Shown: one piece after another, positions 56,314 through 64,000 of the stretch | Numbering within the stretch: the stretch's first letter is position 1 | How the letters are laid out: each line of letters opens with the position of its first letter | Assembly: GCF_009914755.1 (NCBI RefSeq) | Contig: NC_060932.1 | Origin: the human T2T-CHM13v2.0 reference genome, Homo sapiens | Reading direction: 5' to 3' (one strand) | Length of the DNA stretch: 64,000 nucleotides | Made by a program: the position numbers and the translations under genes | The notes under the pieces: generated by a model | The model's input: only the letters and a program-made list of their open reading frames with translations | Database searches by the model: none | Told to the model about the DNA's origin: nothing

Positions 56314-59300
56314 TAATCTCAGAAACATGTTTATGCTGTATCTACTCAACTAACTGTGCTGAACATTTCTATTGATAGAGCAGTTTTGAGACACTCTTCT
56401 TTTGGAATCTGCAAGTGGATATTTGGATAGATTTGAGGATTTCGTTGGAAACGGGATTATATATAAAAAGTAGACAGCAGCATTCTCAGAAACTTCTTTG
56501 TGATGTTTGCATCCAGCTCTCAGAGTTGAACATTCCCTTTCATAGAGTAGGTTTGAAACCCTCTTTTTATAGTGTCTGGAAGCGGGCATTTGGAGCGCTT
56601 TCAGGCCTATGCTTAAAATAGGAAATATCTACCTACAGAAACTAGACAGAAGCATTCTGAGAATCACGTTTGTGATGTGGGTACTCAACTAACAGTGTTG
56701 ATCCATTCTTTTGATACAGCAGTTTTGAACCACACTTTTTGTAGAATCTGCAAGAGGATATTTGGATAGCTGTGAGGATTTCGTTGGAAACGGGAATGTC
56801 TTCAAAGAAAATCTAGACAGAAGCATTCTCAGAAACACCTTCGTGATGTTTGCAATCAAGTCACAGAGTTGAACCTTCCGTTTCATAGAGCAGGTTGGAA
56901 ACACTCTTATTGTAGTATCTGGAAGTGGACATTTGGAGCGCTTTCAGGCCTATGGTGAAAAAGGAAATATCTTCCCATAAAAACGACATAGAAGCTATCT
57001 CAGGAACTTGTTTATGATGCATCTAATCAACTAACAGTGTTGAACCTTTGTACTGACAGAGCAGTTTGAAACACTCTTTTTTTGGAATCTGCAAGTGGAT
57101 ATTTGGATCACTTTGAGGATTTCGTTGGAAACGGGAGGCAATATAAAACGTACACAGCAGCATACTCAGAAAATACTTTGCCATGTTTCCATTCAAGTCA
57201 CAGAGTGGAACATTCCCATTCATAGAGCAGGTTGGAAACACTCTTTTTGGAGTATCTGGAAGTGGACATTTGGAGCGCTTTCTGAACTATGGTGAAAAAG
57301 GAAATATCTTCCAATGAAAACAAGACAGAAGCATTCTGAGAAACTTATTTGTGATGTGTGTCCTCAACAAACGGACTTGAACCTTTCGTTTCATGCAGTA
57401 CTTCTGGAACACTCTTTTTGAAGATTCTGCATGCGGATATTTGGATAGCTTTGAGGATTTCGTTGGAAACGGCCTTACATGTAAAAATTAGACAGCAGCA
57501 TTCTCAGAAACTTCTTTGTGGTGTCTGCATTCAAGTCACAGAATTGAACTTCCCCTCACATAGAGCAGTTGTGCAGCACTCTATTTGTAGTATCTGGAAG
57601 TGGACATTTGGAGGGCTTTGTAGCCTATCTGGAAAAAGGAAATATCTTCCCATGAATGCGAGATAGAAGTAATCTCAGAAACGTGTTTATGCTGTATCTA
57701 CTCAACTAACTGTGCTGAACATTTCTATTGATAGAGCAGTTTTGAGACACTCTTCTTTTGGAATCTGCAAGTGGATATTTGGATAGATTTGAGGATTTCG
57801 TTGGAAACGGGATTATATATAAAAAGTAGACAGCAGCATTCTCAGAAACTTCTTTGTGATGTTTGCATCCAGCTCTCAGAGTTGAACATTCCCTTTCATA
57901 GAGTAGGTTTGAAACCCTCTTTTTATAGTGTCTGGAAGCGGGCATTTGGAGCGCTTTCAGGCCTATGCTTAAAATAGGAAATATCTACCTACAGAAACTA
58001 GACAGAAGCATTCTGAGAATCACGTTTGTGATGTGGGTACTCAACTAACAGTGTTGATCCATTCTTTTGATACAGCAGTTTTGAACCACACTTTTTGTAG
58101 AATCTGCAAGAGGATATTTGGATAGCTGTGAGGATTTCGTTGGAAACGGGAATGTCTTCAAAGAAAATCTAGACAGAAGCATTCTCAGAAACACCTTCGT
58201 GATGTTTGCAATCAAGTCACAGAGTTGAACCTTCCGTTTCATAGAGCAGGTTGGAAACACTCTTATTGTAGTATCTGGAAGTGGACATTTGGAGCGCTTT
58301 CAGGCCTATGGTGAAAAAGGAAATATCTTCCCATAAAAACGACATAGAAGCTATCTCAGGAACTTGTTTATGATGCATCTAATCAACTAACAGTGTTGAA
58401 CCTTTGTACTGACAGAGCACTTTGAAACACTCTTTTTTTGGAATCTGCAAGTGGATATTTGGATCGCTTTGAGGATTTCGTTGGAAACGGGATGCAATAT
58501 AAAACGTACACAGCAGCATACTCAGAAAATACTTTGCCATATTTCCATTCAAGTCACAGAGTGGAACATTCCCATTCATAGAGCAGGTTGGAAACACTCT
58601 TTTTGGAGTATCTGGAAGTGGACATTTGGAGCGCTTTCTGAACTATGGTGAAAAAGGAAATATCTTCCAATGAAAACAAGACAGAAGCATTCTGAGAAAC
58701 TTATTTGTGATGTGTGTCCTCAACAAACGGACTTGAACCTTTCGTTTCATGCAGTACTTCTGGAACACTCTTTTTGAAGATTCTGCATGCGGATATTTGG
58801 ATAGCTTTGAGGATTTCGTTGGAAACGGGCTTACATGTAAAAATTAGACAGCAGCATTCTCAGAAACTTCTTTGTGGTGTCTGCATTCAAGTCACAGAAT
58901 TGAACTTCCCCTCACATAGAGCAGTTGTGCAGCACTCTATTTGTAGTATCTGGAAGTGGACATTTGGAGGGCTTTGTAGCCTATCTGGAAAAAGGAAATA
59001 TCTTCCCATGAATGCGAGATAGAAGTAATCTCAGAAACATGTTTATGCTGTATCTACTCAACTAACTGTGCTGAACATTTCTATTGATAGAGCAGTTTTG
59101 AGACCCTCTTCTTTTGGAATCTGCAAGTGGATATTTGGATAGATTTGAGGATTTCGTTGGAAACGGGATTATATATAAAAAGTAGACAGCAGCATTCTCA
59201 GAAACTTCTTTGTGATGTTTGCATCCAGCTCTCAGAGTTGAACATTCCCTTTCATAGAGTAGGTTTGAAACCCTCTTTTTATAGTGTCTGGAAGCGGGCA

Positions 59301-62300
59301 TTTGGAGCGCTTTCAGGCCTATGCTGAAAAAGGAGATATCTACCTATAGAAACTAGACAGAAGCATTCCGAGAATCACGTTTGTGATGTGGGTACTCAAC
59401 TAACAGTGTTGATCCATTCTTTTGATACAGCAGTTTTGAACCACACTTTTTGTAGAATCTGCAAGTGGATATTTGGATAGCTGTGAGGATTTCGTTGGAA
59501 ACGGGAATGTCTTCATAGAAAATTTAGAGAGAAGCATTCTCAGAACCTTGATTGTGATGTGTGTTCTCCACTAACAGAGTTGAACCTTTCTTTTGACAGA
59601 ACTGTTCTGAAACATTCTTTTTATAGAATCTGGAAGTGGATATTTGGAAAGCTTTGAGGATTTCGTTGGAAACGGGAATATCTTCAAATAAAATCTAGCC
59701 AGAAGCATTCTAAGAAACATCTTAGGGATGTTTACATTCAAGTCACAGAGTTGAACATTCCCTTTCACAGAGCAGGTTTGAAACAATCTTCTCGTACTAT
59801 CTGGCAGTGGACATTTTGAGCTCTTTGGGGCCTATGCTGAAAAAGGAAATATCTTCCGACAAAAACTAGACAGAAGCATTCGCAGAATCACGATTGTGAT
59901 GTGTGCACTCAACTGTCAGAATTGAACCTTGGTTTGGAGAGAGCACTTTTGAAACACTCTTTTTGTAGAATCTGCAGGTGGATATTTGGCTAGCTTTGAG
60001 GATTTCGTTGGAAACGGTAATGTCTTCAAAGAAAATCTAGACAGAAGCATTCTCAGAAACACCTTCGTGATGTTTGCAATCAAGTCACAGAGTTGAACCT
60101 TCCGTTTCATAGAGCAGGTTGGAAACACACTTTTTGTAGTATCTGGAAGTGGACATTTGGAGGGCTTTGTAGCCTATCTGGAAAAAGGAAATATCTTCCC
60201 ATGAATGCGAGATAGAAGTAATCTCAGAAACATGTTTATGCTGTATCTACTCAACTAACTGTGCTGAACATTTCTATTGATAGAGCAGTTTTGAGACACT
60301 CTTCTTTTGGAATCTGCAAGTGGATATTTGGATAGATTTGAGGATTTCGTTGGAAACGGGATTATATATAAAAAGTAGACAGCAGCATTCTCAGAAACTT
60401 CTTTGTGATGTTTGCATCTAGCTCCCAGAGTTGAACATTCCCTTTCATAGAGTAGTTTTGAAACCCTCTTTTTATAGTGTCTGGAAGCGGGCATTTGGAG
60501 CGCTTTCAGGCCTATGCTGAAAAAGGAAATATCTACCTATAGAAACTAGACAGAAGCATTCTGAGAATCACGTTTGTGATGTGGGTACTCAACTAACAGT
60601 GTTGATCCATTCTTTTGATACAGCAGTTTTGAACCACACTTTTTGTAGAATCTGCAAGTGGATATTTGGATAGCTGTGAGGATTTCGTTGGAAACGGGAA
60701 TGTCTTCATAGAAAATTTAGACAGAAGCATTCTCAGAACCTTGATTGTGATGTGTGTTCTCCACTAACAGAGTTGAACCTTTCTTTTGACAGAACTGTTC
60801 TGAAACATTCTTTTTATAGAATCTGGAAGTGGATATTTGGAAAGCTTTGAGGATTTCGTTGGAAACGGGAATATCTTCAAATCAAATCTAGCCAGAAGCA
60901 TTCTAAGAAACAGCTTAGGGATGTTTACATTCAAGTCACAGAGTTGAACATTCCCTTTCACAGAGCAGGTTTGAAACAATCTTCTCGTACTATCTGGCAG
61001 TGGACATTTTGAGCTCCTTGGGGCCTATGCTGAAAAAGGAAATATCTTCCGACAAAAACTAGACAGAAGCATTCGCAGAATCACGTTTGTGATGTGTGCA
61101 CTCAACTGTCAGAATTGAACCTTGGTTTGGAGAGAGCACTTTTGAAACACTCTTTTTGTAGAATCTGCAGGTGGATATTTGGCTAGCTTTGAGGATTTCG
61201 TTGGAAACGGTAATGTCTTCAAAGAAAATCTAGACAGAAGCATTCTCAGAAACACCTTCGTGATGTTTGCAATCAAGTCACAGAGTTGAACCTTCCGTTT
61301 CATAGAGCAGGTTGGAAACACTCTTTTTGTAGTATCTGGAAGTGGACATTTGGAGGGCTTTGTAGCCTATCTGGAAAAAGGAAATATCTTCCCATGAATG
61401 CGAGATAGAAGTAATCTCAGAAACATGTTTATGCTGTATCTACTCAACTAACTGTGCTGAACATTTCTATTGATAGAGCAGTTTTGAGACACTCTTCTTT
61501 TGGAATCTGCAAGTGGATATTTGGATAGATTTGAGGATTTCGTTGGAAACGGGATTATATATAAAAAGTAGACAGCAGCATTCTCAGAAACTTCTTTGTG
61601 ATGTTTGCATCCAGCTCTCAGAGTTGAACATTCCCTTTCATAGAGTAGGTTTGAAACCCTCTTTTTATAGTGTCTGGAAGCGGGCATTTGGAGCGCTTTC
61701 AGGCCTATGCTTAAAATAGGAAATATCTACCTACAGAAACTAGACAGAAGCATTCTGAGAATCACGTTTGTGATGTGGGTACTCAACTAACAGTGTTGAT
61801 CCATTCTTTTGATACAGCAGTTTTGAACCACACTTTTTGTAGAATCTGCAAGAGGATATTTGGATAGCTGTGAGGATTTCGTTGGAAACGGGAATGTCTT
61901 CAAAGAAAATCTAGACAGAAGCATTCTCAGAAACACCTTCGTGATGTTTGCAATCAAGTCACAGAGTTGAACCTTCCGTTTCATAGAGCAGGTTGGAAAC
62001 ACTCTTATTGTAGTATCTGGAAGTGGACATTTGGAGCGCTTTCAGGCCTATGGTGAAAAAGGAAATATCTTCCCATAAAAACGACATAGAAGCTATCTCA
62101 GGAACTTGTTTATGATGCATCTAATCAACTAACAGTGTTGAACCTTTGTACTGACAGAGCACTTTGAAACACTCTTTTTTTGGAATCTGCAAGTGGATAT
62201 TTGGATCGCTTTGAGGATTTCGTTGGAAACGGGATGCAATATAAAACGTACACAGCAGCATACTCAGAAAATACTTTGCCATATTTCCATTCAAGTCACA

Positions 62301-62767
62301 GAGTGGAACATTCCCATTCATAGAGCAGGTTGGAAACACTCTTTTTGGAGTATCTGGAAGTGGACATTTGGAGCGCTTTCTGAACTATGGTGAAAAAGGA
62401 AATATCTTCCAATGAAAACAAGACAGAAGCATTCTGAGAAACTTATTTGTGATGTGTGTCCTCAACAAACGGACTTGAACCTTTCGTTTCATGCAGTACT
62501 TCTGGAACACTCTTTTTGAAGATTCTGCATGCGGATATTTGGATAGCTTTGAGGATTTCGTTGGAAACGGGCTTACATGTAAAAATTAGACAGCAGCATT
62601 CTCAGAAACTTCTTTGTGGTGTCTGCATTCAAGTCACAGAATTGAACTTCCCCTCACATAGAGCAGTTGTGCAGCACTCTATTTGTAGTATCTGGAAGTG
62701 GACATTTGGAGGGCTTTGTAGCCTATCTGGAAAAAGGAAATATCTTCCCATGAATGCGAGATAGAAG
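56314..62767 (+). repeat. 8-8-7-7-8 HOR block, tandem copy
   Basis: Same spacings; shared SNV GGGAGGCAAT at 50683 and 57137. Confidence 0.94.
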
Positions 62768-64000
62768 TAATCTGAGAAACATGTTTATGCTGTATCTACT
62801 CAACTAACTGTGCTGAACATTTCTATTGATAGAGCAGTTTTGAGACACTCTTCTTTTGGAATCTGCAAGTGGATATTTGGATAGATTTGAGGATTTCGTT
62901 GGAAACGGGATTATATATAAAAAGTAGACAGCAGCATTCTCAGAAACTTCTTTGTGATGTTTGCATCCAGCTCTCAGAGTTGAACATTCCCTTTCATAGA
63001 GTAGGTTTGAAACCCTCTTTTTATAGTGTCTGGAAGCGGGCATTTTGAGCGCTTTCAGGCCTATGCTTAAAATAGGAAATATCTACCTATAGAAACTAGA
63101 CAGAAGCATTCTGAGAATCACGTTTGTGATGTGGGTACTCAACTAACAGTGTTGATCCATTCTTTTGATACAGCAGTTTTGAACCACACTTTTTGTAGAA
63201 TCTGCAAGAGGATATTTGGATAGCTGTGAGGATTTCGTTGGAAACGGGAATGTCTTCAAAGAAAATCTAGACAGAAGCATTCTCAGAAACACCTTCGTGA
63301 TGTTTGCAATCAAGTCACAGAGTTGAACCTTCCGTTTCATAGAGCAGGTTGGAAACACTCTTATTGTAGTATCTGGAAGGGGACATTTGGAGCGCTTTCA
63401 GGCCTATGGTGAAAAAGGAAATATCTTCCCATAAAAACGACATAGAAGCTGTCTCAGGAACTTGTTTATGATGCATCTAATCAACTAACAGTGTTGAACC
63501 TTTGTACTGACAGAGCAGTTTGAAACACTCTTTTTTTGGAATCTGCAAGTGGATATTTGGATCGCTTTGAGGATTTCGTTGGAAACGGGATGCAATATAA
63601 AACGTACACAGCAGCATACTCAGAAAATACTTTGCCATATTTCCATTCAAGTCACAGAGTGGAACATTCCCATTCATAGAGCAGGTTTGAAACACTCTTT
63701 TTGGAGTATCTGGAAGTGGACATTTGGAGCGCTTTCTGAACTATGGTGAAAAAGGAAATATCTTCCAATGAAAACAAGACAGAAGCATTCTGAGAAACTT
63801 ATTTGTGATGTGTGTCCTCAACAAACGGACTTGAACCTTTCGTTTCATGCAGTACTTCTGGAACACTCTTTTTGAAGATTCTGCATGCGGATATTTGGAT
63901 AGCTTTGAGGATTTCGTTGGAAACGGGCTTACATGTAAAAATTAGACAGCAGCATTCTCAGAAACTTCTTTGTGGTGTCTGCATTCAAGTCACAGAATTG
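62768..64000 (+). repeat. Partial 8-mer HOR (A to start of K)
   Basis: A-B-C/F-G-H-I-J and the beginning of K, truncated by the window end. Confidence 0.93.

Larger units (their letters stand above)
1..64000 (+). repeat. Centromeric alpha-satellite higher-order-repeat array (SF2-type; best fit D8Z2 / S2C8H1L, human chromosome 8)
   Basis: Continuous 166-172 bp monomers beginning CATTCTCAGAAAC-like, with TTTCGTTGGAAACGGGA CENP-B boxes and CTATGGTGAAAAAGGAA pJ-alpha boxes; near-identical HOR copies at 1193/1356/1869 bp spacing. The alpha-satellite call is certain. The chromosome 8 assignment (~0.8) rests on recalled 4/7/8/11-mer variants of D8Z2. Confidence 0.99.

Noticed and set aside
925-62767. 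The 7/8/11 order as an information-bearing code
   Set aside because: The order is explained by nested tandem duplications and single-unit deletions traced by SNVs; there is no evidence for a coded function.
277-63749. Roughly 180 short ORFs (66-102 aa) on both strands, e.g. MPASRHY..., MSSTNGLEPF..., MFPTCSMKRK...
   Set aside because: They are chance frames of the satellite that recur with the HOR period. Many use GTG/TTG starts, are gained or lost through single SNVs, and resemble no protein family I recognise.
196-63928. CRISPR-like pattern: conserved GAGGATTTCGTTGGAAACGG recurring every 171 or ~340 bp
   Set aside because: The intervening sequences are homologous monomers rather than unique spacers, the motif is the CENP-B box, and no cas genes are present.
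1-64000. Transposon insertion, inversion or unique island
   Set aside because: Unit spacings sum exactly (61,843 bp between 925 and 62,768) and all boxes are on the + strand, leaving no room for foreign sequence.
1-64000. Assignment to other 11-mer arrays (D13Z1/D21Z1, D1Z5) or the chr9 array
   Set aside because: The co-occurrence of 7-, 8- and 11-mers and a 2.55 kb 7+8 unit fits D8Z2 better from memory; alternatives are not formally excluded without alignment to HOR consensus models.

Overview
The whole 64 kb window is primate (almost certainly human) centromeric alpha-satellite: head-to-tail 166-172 bp monomers in one orientation, with no genes, transposons, inversions or unique sequence visible. 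An 11-monomer higher-order repeat (monomers labelled here A-K, 1868/1869 bp) occurs with two deletion derivatives: a 7-mer (A-B-C-D-E-F-G/K, 1193 bp) and an 8-mer (A-B-C/F-G-H-I-J-K, 1356 bp). Between 925 and 62767 there are 22 8-mers, 19 7-mers and 5 11-mers, plus partial units at both ends. The order is (7)-8-8-8-7-11-7-8-8-8-7-7-8-8-7-7-11-7-7-11-8-7-11-8-7-7-11-7-8-8-8-7-8-8-8-7-7-8-8-7-7-8-8-8-7-7-8-(8). An 11/8/7-mer mix with alternating CENP-B-box and pJ-alpha monomers best fits the live chromosome 8 array D8Z2 (SF2); this is recalled, not aligned. All ORFs in the track are artefacts of the repeat, and I found no new protein- or RNA-coding system. The interesting signal is architectural: mappable deletion breakpoints that rewire CENP-B-box spacing, nested super-HOR duplications (4.3, 5.3, 5.6, 6.5 and ~15 kb), recombinant units, a repeated CENP-B-box knock-out variant and a cluster of private SNVs. 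SNV counts were made by eye.
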